Part shown: piece after piece, positions 1 to 9,963 of the stretch
How the letters are laid out: each line of letters begins with the position of its first letter
Position numbering within the stretch: the first letter of the stretch is position 1
From: an uncultured delta proteobacterium
Lineage (GTDB): Bacteria; Desulfobacterota; Binatia; UBA9968
Direction of reading: 5' to 3'
Length of the DNA stretch: 64,000 bases
NCBI GenBank assembly: GCA_963816145.1
Contig: CAWFJP010000001.1
Coordinates: 64,001-128,000 of the forward strand
Translations under genes and position numbers: made by a program
The notes under the pieces: generated by a model
The model's database searches: none
Told to the model about the DNA's origin: nothing
Seen by the model: only the letters and a program-made list of their open reading frames with translations

Positions 1-1286
1 TGTAAAACGCGAATCGTCACCGCTGTCTGATTGTCCGCGGCGGTGGAGAAAACCTGGCTCTTCTTAGCCGGGATCGTCGTGTTGCGCTCGATCAGCGTGG
101 TGTTGACGCCGCCCAGCGTCTCGATGCCCAAAGACAACGGTGTCACGTCGAGCAACAAGACATCTTTCACTTCGCCTTTGATGATCGCCGCTTGAATCGC
201 CGCGCCCATGGCGACGCAATCCATCGGATCGACGCCGCGCTCGATCTTCTTGCCGAAATAATCCTCGACAAATTTCTGCACGATCGGCATGCGCGTCGGG
301 CCGCCGACCATGATGATCTTGTCGATATCCGAGTTGGCAGAACTCGTGCCTTCTTTGGCCAAGCTCTCTTTGGCGTCTTTCAACGCTTGTTCGAGCGGCC
401 CGCGGCAGCGCTCGACGATCGGCGAGATCAATTCTTCAAGTTTGGCGCGGTTGATCGATAGCGTTAAGTGTTTCGCGCCGCTGGCATCGGCCGTGATGAA
501 AGGTAAATTGATATCCGTGCTCAGCGCGCTGGAGAGCTCGACCTTGGCCTTCTCCGCCGCCTCGCGCAGCCGCTGTGTCGCCATCTTGTCGTCGGTGAGA
601 TCGATGCCGCTCTGGCGCTTGAACTCCTTGATTATGTATTCGATCATCACCCGGTCCATATCGGTGCCGCCCAGTTGGGTATCGCCGCTGGTCGCGACGA
701 CTTTAAAGCCGCCCTCTTTCCACATCTCCATGATCGTCACGTCGAGGGTGCCGCCGCCGAAATCGAAGACGAGAATCTTGAGTTCCTTGCCGGCTTTCTC
801 CAAGCCGTAGGCCAGACAAGCGGCGGTGGGTTCATTGATCACGCGCAGAACTTTCAGGCCGGCGATTTCGCCGGCGTCCTTGGTGGCGGTGCGCTGGTTG
901 TCATCGAAATAAGCCGGACAGGTGATCACCGCTTCGTCGACTTGATCGCCCAGATACGCTTCGGCATCTTGTTTGATCTTTTGCAGGATGAAAGCGGAAA
1001 TCTGCTGCGGCGTGTACTCTTTGCCGAAGACTTTGAATTTGAAGTCGCTGCCCATCTTGCGCTTGGCCGCTTGGATGGTGCCCTCGGCATTGATCGCCGA
1101 TTGGCGTTTAGCCGGTTCGCCAACCAAACGCTGGCCGTCCTTGGTGAAGGCCACGTAGGAGGGAAATGCCTTCCCGGACGCAACCCCCGCGCCCTCCGCC
1201 GAAGGAATGATCACCGGCCGGCCGCCTTCGACGACCGCGGCGGCAGAATTAGAAGTCCCCAAATCGATCCCGATTACTTTCGCCAT
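1..1286 (-). CDS. dnaK: Hsp70 chaperone DnaK (3' end outside window), lacking the diderm insert
   Basis: Manual translation [17 protein letters not shown]...[24 protein letters not shown]...INEPTAA...[10 protein letters not shown]...[16 protein letters not shown]; RBS AGGAGG upstream; absent from the ORF track because it is truncated. Confidence 0.97.
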   Translation of the reverse strand, partial: MAKVIGIDLGTSNSAAAVVEGGRPVIIPSAEGAGVASGKAFPSYVAFTKDGQRLVGEPAKRQSAINAEGTIQAAKRKMGSDFKFKVFGKEYTPQQISAFILQKIKQDAEAYLGDQVDEAVITCPAYFDDNQRTATKDAGEIAGLKVLRVINEPTAACLAYGLEKAGKELKILVFDFGGGTLDVTIMEMWKEGGFKVVATSGDTQLGGTDMDRVMIEYIIKEFKRQSGIDLTDDKMATQRLREAAEKAKVELSSALSTDINLPFITADASGAKHLTLSINRAKLEELISPIVERCRGPLEQALKDAKESLAKEGTSSANSDIDKIIMVGGPTRMPIVQKFVEDYFGKKIERGVDPMDCVAMGAAIQAAIIKGEVKDVLLLDVTPLSLGIETLGGVNTTLIERNTTIPAKKSQVFSTAADNQTAVTIRVL

Positions 1287-1318
1287 CGCTCACCTCCTGG
1301 ATTCAAGATAACCCTAGA

Positions 1319-1333
1319 GCAATTGGCATACCT
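1319..1333 (-). promoter_or_regulatory. Putative sigma-54 promoter of dnaK
   Basis: AGGTATGCCAATTGC (GG-N10-GC) ~33 bp upstream of ATG. Confidence 0.5.
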
Positions 1334-1396
1334 CGATGGAGATTCAACGTTGTTTGGCGTGTACGCCCAATAATCATAGCGACACCGGCGCCTCGC

Positions 1397-1441
1397 TGTC
1401 ATTGACGGGAATCGGCGACCGCGCTTTTGTCAGTTATGAAA
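1397..1441. promoter_or_regulatory. Paired 14-bp palindromic operator (putative enhancer)
   Basis: TGTCATTGACGGGA (1397) and TGTCAGTTATGAAA (1428), 31 bp apart, between divergent sigma-54 motifs. Confidence 0.6.
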
Positions 1442-1471
1442 AGTTTTTACCGTTCCACGTGGCTGTGCTGC

Positions 1472-1486
1472 TGGCACGACGCTTGC
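1472..1486 (+). promoter_or_regulatory. Sigma-54 promoter
   Basis: TGGCACGACGCTTGC, exact TGGCAC-N5-TTGC match. Confidence 0.85.
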
Positions 1487-1578
1487 GCTCTTATTGAATT
1501 GACGGGAGGGCCATCGAGCAGCCGGCGCTGGTTCCCGCCCAAGCTTTTGCAGCGAACCGGCTGGAAAAGGAACTGAAC

Positions 1579-1899
1579 ATGCTAGGTTTATTTCTACTCA
1601 TCGCCGGGGTTATCGCTCTGGGACTCTACTTCATGGTCGCGCCTGCGGTTCTCAACACCTACCGCCGCTACCGCGGACGTCGGACCATCATCTGTCCGGA
1701 AACCGATCAAATCGTCGAAATGGAATTGAAAGCTGGCCGTGCCGGCGTCATGGCGGCACTTGGCAAGCAAGATCTGCGGGTTAAATGGTGCAGCCTGTGG
1801 CCGCGCCGAAAGGGTTGCGCCGAGGAATGTGCAAAATCTGACTGGCCCACGGCCGGGGAGCGCCGCGACCACGACAAGGGCCATGCCAACGGCGTATAG
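1579..1899 (+). CDS. Membrane-anchored Cys-rich hypothetical protein
   Basis: N-terminal TM helix, then CPET...CSLWPRRKGCAEEC; RBS AAGGA. Confidence 0.75.
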   Translation: MLGLFLLIAGVIALGLYFMVAPAVLNTYRRYRGRRTIICPETDQIVEMELKAGRAGVMAALGKQDLRVKWCSLWPRRKGCAEECAKSDWPTAGERRDHDKGHANGV

Positions 1900-1989
1900 A
1901 AACAGCGAAAGCCGAAACCTTCGGGACCTTCGTATGACTGTAGCTTACAATTTGCCCGGCTTGGGCAAATGATTCGGAAGTTGAAGACA

Positions 1990-2182
1990 CTCGGATTCAG
2001 AAATTCCTCCCGCCAAGGCGCAAAGTCGCCAAGTGACGGGGCGAGCCCCGTCATCCCGAACGAATGTGAGGGATCTGAGAAAGATTTCTCCCTTCGGTCG
2101 AAATGACAAAACTCCCCCCTTTGTGCCTTGGCGCCTTTGCCGGAGATATTCCGAGTTTCGCTTGCGGCTGTGCCGCGCTAGG
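1990..2182. repeat. Composite nested palindromic (REP/MITE-like) element
   Basis: Nested IRs CGCCAAGGCGCAAAG/CTTTGTGCCTTGGCG enclosing GTCATCCCGAACGAATGTGAGGGATCT...AGATTTCTCCCTTCGGTCGAAATGAC; core recurs near 22.98 and 29.54 kb. Confidence 0.7.
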
Positions 2183-2226
2183 TTCTTTGCAGTTAATGAT
2201 CCGATTCTTAGTTTTGTCTTTGGTGG

Positions 2227-3549
2227 CTAGGCAGAAGCATCGACCAGCGCCGCGACTCGGCAACCTTCTGCGACATCGACGCGTCGTAACAGCAGTGCAC
2301 CGGCGGCAAACAGCAGGGTGATCGAGACGATACCCCAGCGGCTGCTGCCGGTGAGCTGGCCGACCAAGCCAAAAATCGCCGGGCCGATAATGCCGGCGAC
2401 CTTCTCGCCGGTGCTAAAAAAGCCGAAGAACTCGGCGCTATGGGTTCTCGGCACCATGGCGGCAAACAGCGAGCGGCTGAGCGCCTGGGTGCCGCCCTGG
2501 ACCACGCCGACCATGATCGCCAACGCGTAAAAATCCGCGCTGCTGCGAATGAAAAAGCCGGCCACGGAAATCGCCGCATAGACCGCCAGCCCGGCAAAAA
2601 TGGCCCGCTTCGCGCTCCAACGATGGGCCAGCGCGCCAAAAGCGATGGAACAAGGGAAGCCGATAAATTGCGTGAGAATGAGCGCACCGAGCATGTCGTT
2701 GTGATCGACGCCGATTTCGTCGCCATAGGCGGCCGCAAGCTTGATGATTGTGCCGATGCCATCGTTGTAGAGCCAAAATGACGCGAGAAACAGCGTCAGC
2801 TCGCGGTAGCGGCGAATCTGCCGAAAAGTTTGCAGCAAGCGCGTCAAGCTATCGGCGAAAGCAAGAAACACGGGCGGTCGACTGTGCACCAGGGGCTCGA
2901 CCACGGTGCGAAATAGCGGCACGGCGAAAATCAACCACCAACCAGCCACGCTAATAAAACAGGCGCGCAGTGCCACAGTTCGATCCGCCATCCAGAACCA
3001 ATCGGGACGATAGAGCCAAAGCGCATCGATGACGAGTAACAAACCGCCGCCAAGGTAACCGAGCGCATAGCCGCGCGCCGAGACCCGATCCAAATCGTTC
3101 GCCCGCGCCACCTGGGGCAACAGCGCCTCGTAAAAGATATTGCCGCCGGCAAAGCCGAGGTTGGCGAGGGCAAATAACAGCGAGGCCAGCCGATACTCGC
3201 TTGTGCTGACAAACGCCAAACTCGCCGTACCGAGCGCGCCAAGCCATAGTGCCACCGCCAGGAAGCGCTTCTTAGCGCCCAAAAGATCCGCCGCCGCGCC
3301 GGCCGCTGGACCGAGCGCCGCGACCAACAGCAGTGACAGAGAAGTCGTGTACGCCCAGTACGCCGTCGCAGTTTCCGGCGCCGCGCCGGCGTCCATCACC
3401 AGCGCCCGGTAGTAGACTGGAAAAATCGCCGTAAGGATCACGACAGCGAACGCAGAGTTCGCCCAATCGTACATCGCCCAAGCATGGACGACACGCTGAT
3501 AATCCCATTCGGCGATCTGCGACGGCGACTTCGCTTTGCCATCGTCCAT
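2227..3549 (-). CDS. MFS transporter, UMF1/Atg22-like family
   Basis: AWAMYDWANSAF start, ~12 TM segments, GGTQALSRSLFA...EFFGFF motif. Confidence 0.9.
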   Translation of the reverse strand: MDDGKAKSPSQIAEWDYQRVVHAWAMYDWANSAFAVVILTAIFPVYYRALVMDAGAAPETATAYWAYTTSLSLLLVAALGPAAGAAADLLGAKKRFLAVALWLGALGTASLAFVSTSEYRLASLLFALANLGFAGGNIFYEALLPQVARANDLDRVSARGYALGYLGGGLLLVIDALWLYRPDWFWMADRTVALRACFISVAGWWLIFAVPLFRTVVEPLVHSRPPVFLAFADSLTRLLQTFRQIRRYRELTLFLASFWLYNDGIGTIIKLAAAYGDEIGVDHNDMLGALILTQFIGFPCSIAFGALAHRWSAKRAIFAGLAVYAAISVAGFFIRSSADFYALAIMVGVVQGGTQALSRSLFAAMVPRTHSAEFFGFFSTGEKVAGIIGPAIFGLVGQLTGSSRWGIVSITLLFAAGALLLRRVDVAEGCRVAALVDASA

Positions 3550-3550
3550 A

Positions 3551-4426
3551 TCAGCGCGGCCGGATCACCAGCACCGGGCCCGAAGTGTGACGCACGACTC
3601 GCTCGGTCACACTCCCCAACGGCCATTTGCCGATCCCCGACGCGCCAAGGGTACACATGGCGACCAAACTATCCGGAGTCCTCTTGACCAGGTCGACGAT
3701 CGCGGCTGCGGCGCCGTCGGCGCCGCTTTCGAGCACCAGCGAGTCGACCTGCGAAAGCCCTTGGCGCCGGAGTTGGCTTGCGGTGTCGATCAAGTAACGA
3801 TTCGCCTCGTCGTGCGCCTCGTCCCAGAGTTTCTTAAGATTTGGCGCATTGGCGCCGAACACCGGCAGGAAGGCCTCCGGCGGCGCGCTGTAAATACGTC
3901 TGGCGACGCGAACCAAATCGACTCGGAGCGTCAAGCGCAAAGCCAATTCACTTACTGTCGGTAAAACCGTTTCGGCGAGTTTGGAGCCGTCGAGCGGGAC
4001 GACGACGGCTGTAAATTTCGCCTCAGGGAGAGCTTGGCCGTTTGCCGGGTGCACGAGCAGAACATGATTGGCCGCCGCGTGCAGCACTTTTTCGGCGACA
4101 CTGCCCAAAAGCCAGCGTTTGGTCCCGGAATACCCATGAGTCGCCATGGCGATCAGCATCTCCGGCTCGGCCGCGGCGCACTCGACAATCGTCGCCGCCG
4201 TGTGGCCGGATTCGACAATCAAGCCGGCGGATCCGCCAAAGGACGCGCCGATGGTCGCCAAATATTCGTTCACCATGTAAGGCGCGCATGCCGTGGTGTC
4301 GTGTGGATCGTTGACGCACAAAAGGTCAACCGGGATATTGAGATCCTGCGCCAACAGGCGCGCATAGGGCAGAACCGCTTCGGCAAATTTCGAACCGTCG
4401 AGTGGGATCAAGATCTTGCTATACAT
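3551..4426 (-). CDS. Universal stress protein, two USP domains
   Basis: MYSKILIPLDGSKFAE...MATHGYSGTKRWLLGSVAEKVL and second VVPLDGS...GSVTERVVRHTSGPVLVIR. Confidence 0.93.
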   Translation of the reverse strand: MYSKILIPLDGSKFAEAVLPYARLLAQDLNIPVDLLCVNDPHDTTACAPYMVNEYLATIGASFGGSAGLIVESGHTAATIVECAAAEPEMLIAMATHGYSGTKRWLLGSVAEKVLHAAANHVLLVHPANGQALPEAKFTAVVVPLDGSKLAETVLPTVSELALRLTLRVDLVRVARRIYSAPPEAFLPVFGANAPNLKKLWDEAHDEANRYLIDTASQLRRQGLSQVDSLVLESGADGAAAAIVDLVKRTPDSLVAMCTLGASGIGKWPLGSVTERVVRHTSGPVLVIRPR

Positions 4427-4515
4427 AGAGCCTCGCAGTCTTAATGCGTCAGACAATTCTGGATCGGCCGAAGGAATTGGCGCTCCAGCGCACTGCCATC
4501 TACGTGAACACCAGA

Positions 4516-4530
4516 GCGATAACCGTGCCG
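4516..4530 (-). promoter_or_regulatory. Putative sigma-54 promoter of usp-MFS
   Basis: CGGCACGGTTATCGC (GG-N10-GC). Confidence 0.55.
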
Positions 4531-4636
4531 ACAACCCGTGAGGCTAAATCCCCAGCCGAGTTGGCGCGGGCGACAAAATAGCCTGGCCAGTTGGGGATTT
4601 GCCTTCGAGCCGATGGGCTGCCGAGCTTTTCGCTGA

Positions 4637-4681
4637 TTTCATCCTTGCGAATTTTTTCGCCTGTTTCTGTCAGATATGAAA
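4637..4681. promoter_or_regulatory. Paired 14-bp palindromic operator
   Basis: TTTCATCCTTGCGA (4637) and TGTCAGATATGAAA (4668), 31 bp apart; second site starts 44 bp before the sigma-54 motif, as at 1428/1472. Confidence 0.65.
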
Positions 4682-4711
4682 AAGCTTCCAGCGCCTGCCG
4701 GTGCGATGGTC

Positions 4712-4726
4712 TGGTATGTCGATTGC
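4712..4726 (+). promoter_or_regulatory. Sigma-54 promoter
   Basis: TGGTATGTCGATTGC upstream of the cytochrome c gene. Confidence 0.75.
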
Positions 4727-4762
4727 TCGATTGTTCAATCGCAGCCAAGGAGATCTGACAAA

Positions 4763-5191
4763 ATGGTATCAAACATCTTTAAAGCCACCGGTACGATTCT
4801 CGGTTTGGTCTGGTTATTGTCGCTGCCGTCATCTTTAGCGAGAGCGCAGGAAAGCGAAGTGATCGCCGGCGGTGAACTGGAGTATCAGAACGCGTGCGCG
4901 GTCTGCCATGGCGTCGAAGCCCGAGGCAACGGCATCATGAGCAAGTTCTTAACCGTAAAGCCCGCCAACCTACGTCAGCTCCGGCTGACCCCCGGCGGCA
5001 ACTTTCCCTTTTGGGAAGTTTATCGAAAGATCGACGGGCAGTTCGAGATCAGAGGCCACGGCACGAGAGACATGCCGATCTGGGGCGATCGCTTTCGCGC
5101 TCAAGCTGGCGGCGATGGCAAGAGCGCCCAAACTCAGGCCGCCGGACGCATTCTCAGCTTGGTTTTCTACCTGCAATATATTCAGGAGTAG
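4763..5191 (+). CDS. Monoheme periplasmic cytochrome c
   Basis: Signal peptide, CAVCHG heme motif, HGTRDMPIWG distal Met motif; RBS AAGGAG. Confidence 0.9.
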   Translation: MVSNIFKATGTILGLVWLLSLPSSLARAQESEVIAGGELEYQNACAVCHGVEARGNGIMSKFLTVKPANLRQLRLTPGGNFPFWEVYRKIDGQFEIRGHGTRDMPIWGDRFRAQAGGDGKSAQTQAAGRILSLVFYLQYIQE

Positions 5192-5484
5192 CCACAGGAA
5201 ACTGAAGTAAAATTCCGCTGACTGGTCTACTACCAGACTGCGGCAGAGAACCGGCTCATATACTAGAAGCCGTAAAAAACACTAAGCACAATCAGCGAGT
5301 TCGGGTTAAGCGAGCGGTTCTCAAAAAATGCCGATGGTAGGAGTCTACTCTTAGCCTCGTTCGCTGAGGAGTTATTGCCGTCAATGCTTAAATAACCGCA
5401 TGCGAGCAATGCACCGCTACAGCCATGTGAAACCCGAATTTGAGAAATCGCCGCGGTCCTCGCAGGCGGGATGAGCCGTTCGGA

Positions 5485-6027
5485 CTAGAATGTCTCGGAA
5501 CAGACCGGCTGCGCGGTATTAGATCGGCTGGTATCGACGAGAAAAGTTCCGCTCAGGGCACTGCGGCCAACCAGGAACGGATACATCATTTCCGAGCGGT
5601 CTTTCAAAGTCACCGGGGTGCGAAAGAGTTTTGAACCTAAGCAGATTGAAATTGCCACGACAGGTCTTTTCTCGACGCCCATCGAAGTCTGGATATGACG
5701 CCAGTCGACGACTGGAAGTTGCAGCTGCCGACCACCCCAGCGTTTTCCGAGTTTGAAGTGGGCAACATTATTCTGCACCACTATTTCGCGCGCATCGAGC
5801 GAGGACAGGTCGGCGCCGGTATCGATCCGAGCCGGAAAGCTAATGCCCCAGGGACTGAGGACGACATCTTCAACTACGCCAAGCGTCACCTTGACCGGTT
5901 CGCGACTTGGAGAATATAAAGCTTCGCCCTCTTTTATTTCCTGCGCGTGGAGGATCTGCCCAATCGCATTCGGTCCGGCCAATAAGACCACGAGACAGAC
6001 GAGCCTGCTAAATGTTGATTTGCTCAT
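5485..6027 (-). CDS. Retropepsin-like 'ATP-dependent Zn protease' (RimK-associated) family protein, exported
   Basis: ARIDTGADLSSLDA and LKDRSEMMYPFLVGRSAL motifs; signal peptide. Confidence 0.85.
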   Translation of the reverse strand: MSKSTFSRLVCLVVLLAGPNAIGQILHAQEIKEGEALYSPSREPVKVTLGVVEDVVLSPWGISFPARIDTGADLSSLDAREIVVQNNVAHFKLGKRWGGRQLQLPVVDWRHIQTSMGVEKRPVVAISICLGSKLFRTPVTLKDRSEMMYPFLVGRSALSGTFLVDTSRSNTAQPVCSETF

Positions 6028-6090
6028 GCACGCAGGCTACTCAAAGGGGAAGGGAAATTCAATATCAATCTTTCACGTAGAAATAGGAGT

Positions 6091-6112
6091 GGAGGGAGAC
6101 AGTTCTCCCTCC
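6091..6112. terminator. Hairpin, possible terminator
   Basis: GGAGGGAGA-CAGT-TCTCCCTCC downstream of the small lipoprotein gene. Confidence 0.4.
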
Positions 6113-6168
6113 GCCTACATTATCGGCTAGATCTCGTCGTCGTCTCCGCCGCCGATATATTCATTCGC

Positions 6169-6360
6169 CTAATATTCGTTCCAGTTGATCTTCTCTCGTT
6201 CCTGTTGGGCCTTTTCGAACTCCGCCCTATCCTGTGGGCTCATCTGCTCCACTCGAGCCTGCTCCTCTTCGTATTCCGCATTGAGGCGACTCACAGTGGC
6301 GCAACTTGAACCTAACACGCCAACCAAGAGCAGCAACGTCAACAGACTTGCGGTCTTCAT
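6169..6360 (-). CDS. Small lipoprotein
   Basis: Signal peptide with lipobox-like LGSSC; RBS GGAGGAGG; upstream sigma-54 motif. Confidence 0.7.
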   Translation of the reverse strand: MKTASLLTLLLLVGVLGSSCATVSRLNAEYEEEQARVEQMSPQDRAEFEKAQQEREKINWNEY

Positions 6361-6413
6361 ACAGGTTCACCTCCTCCCTGTTCAGATTCCGCTCCCCTTG
6401 CTCTTTGAATAAA

Positions 6414-6428
6414 GCAAACGTTGTACCA
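6414..6428 (-). promoter_or_regulatory. Sigma-54 promoter
   Basis: TGGTACAACGTTTGC. Confidence 0.75.
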
Positions 6429-6654
6429 ATTCACTATCGCTTGCTGATATTGCCACTGAATTGAAAACTCAAATAATCCGGGTGACTAGAACAAACCATC
6501 CCCAGTCCGTCGATGCCGCCGCAGAGCAGTTAGCAGAAGCGACAATATGTCAGCGTAAGATTTCTCATCGCTCGGACTGACGGCCGAATGCCTCACCGCA
6601 AGTTCGGCAAACCCTAATGGCCGCTGTGCAGTCGGAGGAGTCCATCGGACTCCG

Positions 6655-6669
6655 TGGCACGACCTTTGC
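6655..6669 (+). promoter_or_regulatory. Sigma-54 promoter of archease-rtcB operon
   Basis: TGGCACGACCTTTGC, consensus match 32 bp before archease start. Confidence 0.85.
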
Positions 6670-6701
6670 CATAAAAACTCACCTGTAGGAAATCGTCTCG
6701 G

Positions 6702-7124
6702 ATGTGCGAACCAAGTTGGCAACACTTCCCCCACGGCGCCGACATGGGCGTTCGTGGTATTGGCAAATCGAAAGCGCAAGCCTTTGAACAGGCGGCGATG
6801 GCGCTGACCGCGTTGGTGACCGATCCGCAGTCGGTCTGTGCGGAGATTTTGGTCAAGATCGAATGCAACGCGCCTGACGACGAACTACTCCTGGTCGAAT
6901 GGCTTAATGGCATAATCTTCGAGATGGCAATCAGAAAAATGCTCTTCGCGCGCTTCGCGGTTAACCTCGATGGCAACCGCCTGAACGGAATGGCTTGGGG
7001 CGAAGCCATCGATTTGACCAAGCATGATGCCGCAGTGGAGCCCAAAGGCGCGACTTGCACTAGTTTAGAGGTGTGCCAAGACGAGTCGGGATGTTGGCGG
7101 GCGCAGTGCATCGTCGATGTTTGA
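6702..7124 (+). CDS. Archease (RtcB activator, SHS2 fold)
   Basis: WQHFPHGADMGVRG...EPKGAT...AQCIVDV C-terminus; adjacent to rtcB. Confidence 0.92.
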   Translation: MCEPSWQHFPHGADMGVRGIGKSKAQAFEQAAMALTALVTDPQSVCAEILVKIECNAPDDELLLVEWLNGIIFEMAIRKMLFARFAVNLDGNRLNGMAWGEAIDLTKHDAAVEPKGATCTSLEVCQDESGCWRAQCIVDV

Positions 7125-7134
7125 GGCATACGAA

Positions 7135-8565
7135 ATGGAATTGTCGCGATTACAACAGCAAGCGGAAAACCAGTGGCGCATCGCTCCCTACGGCAAGATG
7201 CGCGTGCCGGCGATTATTTACGCAAGTGAGGCGTTGATCCGCGACATGGATGACAAGGTCTACGAGCAAGTTACCAACGTCGCCAAACTGCCGGGAATCG
7301 TCAAAGCTTCCTACGCCATGCCCGACGCCCACTGGGGCTATGGCTTTCCCATCGGCGGCGTCGCAGCCTTCGATCCGGCAAAAGGCGGCGTGATTTCCGC
7401 CGGCGGCGTCGGCTTCGATATTTCCTGCGGCGTGCGCACCCTGCATACCGGACTGACGCTGGATCAGGTCGAGCCGGTCAAAGAGCGTTTGGCGGATACG
7501 TTATTCGGTAAAATCCCCGCCGGTGTCGGTAGCACGGGACAGTTGAGTCTCAACGAGAAAGAAATGGACGCCATGCTCACCGGCGGAGCGAAGTGGGCGG
7601 TCGCCATCGGCTACGGCCGCCGAGAAGATTTGCAGCGCGTCGAAGAAGACGGCTGCATCCCTGGTGCGGTACCGGAGGATGTCTCGGACCGCGCCAAGAA
7701 GCGCCAGCGCGAAGAGATGGGCACCCTCGGTTCCGGCAATCATTATCTGGAAATCCAGCATGTGCGAAAGATTTTCGACCCGACAATCGCCGCGGCTTTT
7801 GGCTTGAGCCAGGGCGATATTGTGGTCAGCATTCATTGCGGCTCGCGCGGCCTCGGCCATCAGATCGGCACGGAATTTCTCACCCGCATGGTGGCGTCGG
7901 CGGCAACCTATGGAATTGACCTGCCCGACCGCGAGCTGGCCTGCGCGCCGATCGACTCACCGCTGGGACAAGCCTATCTCGGCGCCATGCGCGCGGCGGT
8001 GAATTGCGCGCTCGCCAATCGGCAAATCATCACGCACCTGGTGCGCCAGGCGATTCGCGAAGTCATTCCCCAAGCCGATCTGCCGTTACTCTATGACGTC
8101 TCGCACAATACCTGTAAGGTGGAAGAACATGTCGTCGACGACCGGAAGATGGAGCTTTTTGTCCACCGCAAAGGGGCGACGCGGGCGTTTGGGCCAGGAC
8201 ATCCGGCGCTCCCCGAGTCGTTGCGCGAGATCGGCCAGCCCGTGCTGATCGGCGGCACCATGGGCACCGCATCCTACATACTCGCCGGCACCCGTGAAGG
8301 AATGAATTTATCTTTTGGCTCCGCATGCCACGGCGCGGGCCGAAGCATGAGCCGCCATCAGGCGCTGCGCCAGTGGCGCGGCCGTGAAATCGTTGACAAT
8401 CTGGCGCACCACGGCGTATTGATCCGTAGCCGCTCCATGCGCGGCGTTGCCGAAGAGGCGCCCGGCGCCTATAAAGACGTGAGCGAGGTTGTCGACGCCG
8501 CCGATCGCGCCGGTCTGGCGCGCACCGTGGCACGGCTCGAACCGGTGGTTTGTATCAAGGGATAG
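7135..8565 (+). CDS. rtcB: RNA 3'-phosphate/5'-OH ligase RtcB (archaeal/eukaryal-like clade)
   Basis: MPDAHWGYGFPIGGV, GVGFDISCGVR, GTLGSGNHYLE, HCGSRG, DVSHN, HRKGATRAF, HGAGR, EEAPGAYKDV. Confidence 0.97.
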   Translation: MELSRLQQQAENQWRIAPYGKMRVPAIIYASEALIRDMDDKVYEQVTNVAKLPGIVKASYAMPDAHWGYGFPIGGVAAFDPAKGGVISAGGVGFDISCGVRTLHTGLTLDQVEPVKERLADTLFGKIPAGVGSTGQLSLNEKEMDAMLTGGAKWAVAIGYGRREDLQRVEEDGCIPGAVPEDVSDRAKKRQREEMGTLGSGNHYLEIQHVRKIFDPTIAAAFGLSQGDIVVSIHCGSRGLGHQIGTEFLTRMVASAATYGIDLPDRELACAPIDSPLGQAYLGAMRAAVNCALANRQIITHLVRQAIREVIPQADLPLLYDVSHNTCKVEEHVVDDRKMELFVHRKGATRAFGPGHPALPESLREIGQPVLIGGTMGTASYILAGTREGMNLSFGSACHGAGRSMSRHQALRQWRGREIVDNLAHHGVLIRSRSMRGVAEEAPGAYKDVSEVVDAADRAGLARTVARLEPVVCIKG

Positions 8566-8643
8566 CGGCCGTTGGTCCGAGCCAAATCGATTTGCACCGC
8601 TTGATCGTTGTGAACGATTGGAACCACGAAAGAAGGTGAATTC

Positions 8644-9424
8644 ATGCTAGAGTTCATTCGGCAAATTTTCGGACCGGCCGGCACTGTCTTCGTCATCGTC
8701 TTGATCGTTCTCGTCAGCGGCATCAAGATCCTCAAGGAATACCAGCGCGCCGTGGTCTTTCGCTTGGGACGGATGGTCCGGCCGCGCGGGCCCGGGATCA
8801 TTTTCGTGATTCCGCTGATTGAACGGATGGTGCGCGTCGATCTGCGCACCGTCACCATGGACGTGCCGCCGCAGGATGTCATCACTCGGGATAACGTCTC
8901 GGTCAAAGTCAGCGCGGTGCTCTATTTCCGCGTCCTCGACCCGGCGCGCGCCATTCGTGAGGTCGAAAACTATCTATTTGCCACCTCGCAACTCGCCCAG
9001 GTGACTTTGCGCAGCGTTTGCGGCCAGGGCGAACTCGACGACCTGCTCGCCGAAAGAGAGAAAATCAATGCGCGCATTCAGAGCATCCTCGATGCCCAAA
9101 CCGAGCCCTGGGGCGTGAAAGTCGTCCTGGTCGAGCTCAAGCATATCGATCTGCCGCAAGAAATGCAGCGCGCCATGGCCAAGCAAGCGGAAGCCGAACG
9201 CGAACGGCGCGCCAAGATCATTCATGCCGAAGGTGAATTTCAGGCGGCGCAGAAGCTCGCCGACGCGGCCGAAGTCATCGCTCAGACAGCCCACGGCGAT
9301 TCATCTGCGCTATTTGCAGAGCTTGATGGAGGTCGCGGCGGAAAATAACCAAACCGTGGTTGTGCCGCTTCCCGTCGATATCGTCACCCAGATGTTCGGC
9401 AAAGCTGACAAGCAGACGAAATAG
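8644..9424 (+). CDS. SPFH/band 7 (slipin) membrane protein, frameshift near 9290
   Basis: [11 protein letters not shown]...[22 protein letters not shown]...[21 protein letters not shown]; C-terminus [12 protein letters not shown] in another frame. Confidence 0.9.
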
Positions 9425-9450
9425 CTGCAGCCCAACGGGAGGATGACACA

Positions 9451-9759
9451 ATGACCGTCGAATTTACTCCGGACGAATCTTACCAGCAGCACCGGCGCAG
9501 CGTCGTTTGGTTTGGCGCCGTCGACGATGACAAGGTGATCGACTGCGCGATTTCGCTCGACGCCCTAACCGACCACTTCGGCGCCTATGCCGACGATCCC
9601 CTGCCCGCCTTTAGAAAACACCGCCAACAGATCTGGGATCTCGCCGCCAAGCTGATCGCCCAGCGGCGCTTTGAAGATGACGGCACGATCTTGATTCACA
9701 GCGCCGATATCAAGCTGACGCCAAGCGGCGCAACGACGCCGCCCGTATCAGCGCGCTAA
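9451..9759 (+). CDS. DUF1488-like hypothetical protein
   Basis: CAISLDALTDHFGA...FRKHRQQIWDLAAKLI pattern; RBS GGAGGA. Confidence 0.65.
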   Translation: MTVEFTPDESYQQHRRSVVWFGAVDDDKVIDCAISLDALTDHFGAYADDPLPAFRKHRQQIWDLAAKLIAQRRFEDDGTILIHSADIKLTPSGATTPPVSAR

Positions 9760-9903
9760 AGAGATAGGAAGCCGCTGTCGCATCATTTCTATGAGATGAC
9801 AATCCGACTTAGAGTTTTCCCTGTTGTGCGAAACGCGTTTCTCCGATTTTGCCCACCGCTTTCGATTTAAAGCCGCTCACACAAAATAGGCCCCCAATAC
9901 CCT

Positions 9904-9918
9904 TGGCGTCTCTATTGC
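9904..9918 (+). promoter_or_regulatory. Sigma-54 promoter
   Basis: TGGCGTCTCTATTGC 46 bp upstream of the activase ATG. Confidence 0.75.
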
Positions 9919-9963
9919 GTAATTACAGGGCTGTAAGGCTCATGAGCGTTTATGGGGGCAGCG

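Noticed and set aside
192-1373. Several + strand ORFs of 61-232 aa
   Set aside because: Antisense shadows of dnaK; no recognisable motifs
5314-5451. Possible ncRNA or MITE (GCGGTTCTCAAA ... TTTGAGAAATCGC)
   Set aside because: Short imperfect IR, single copy, no recognisable RNA family
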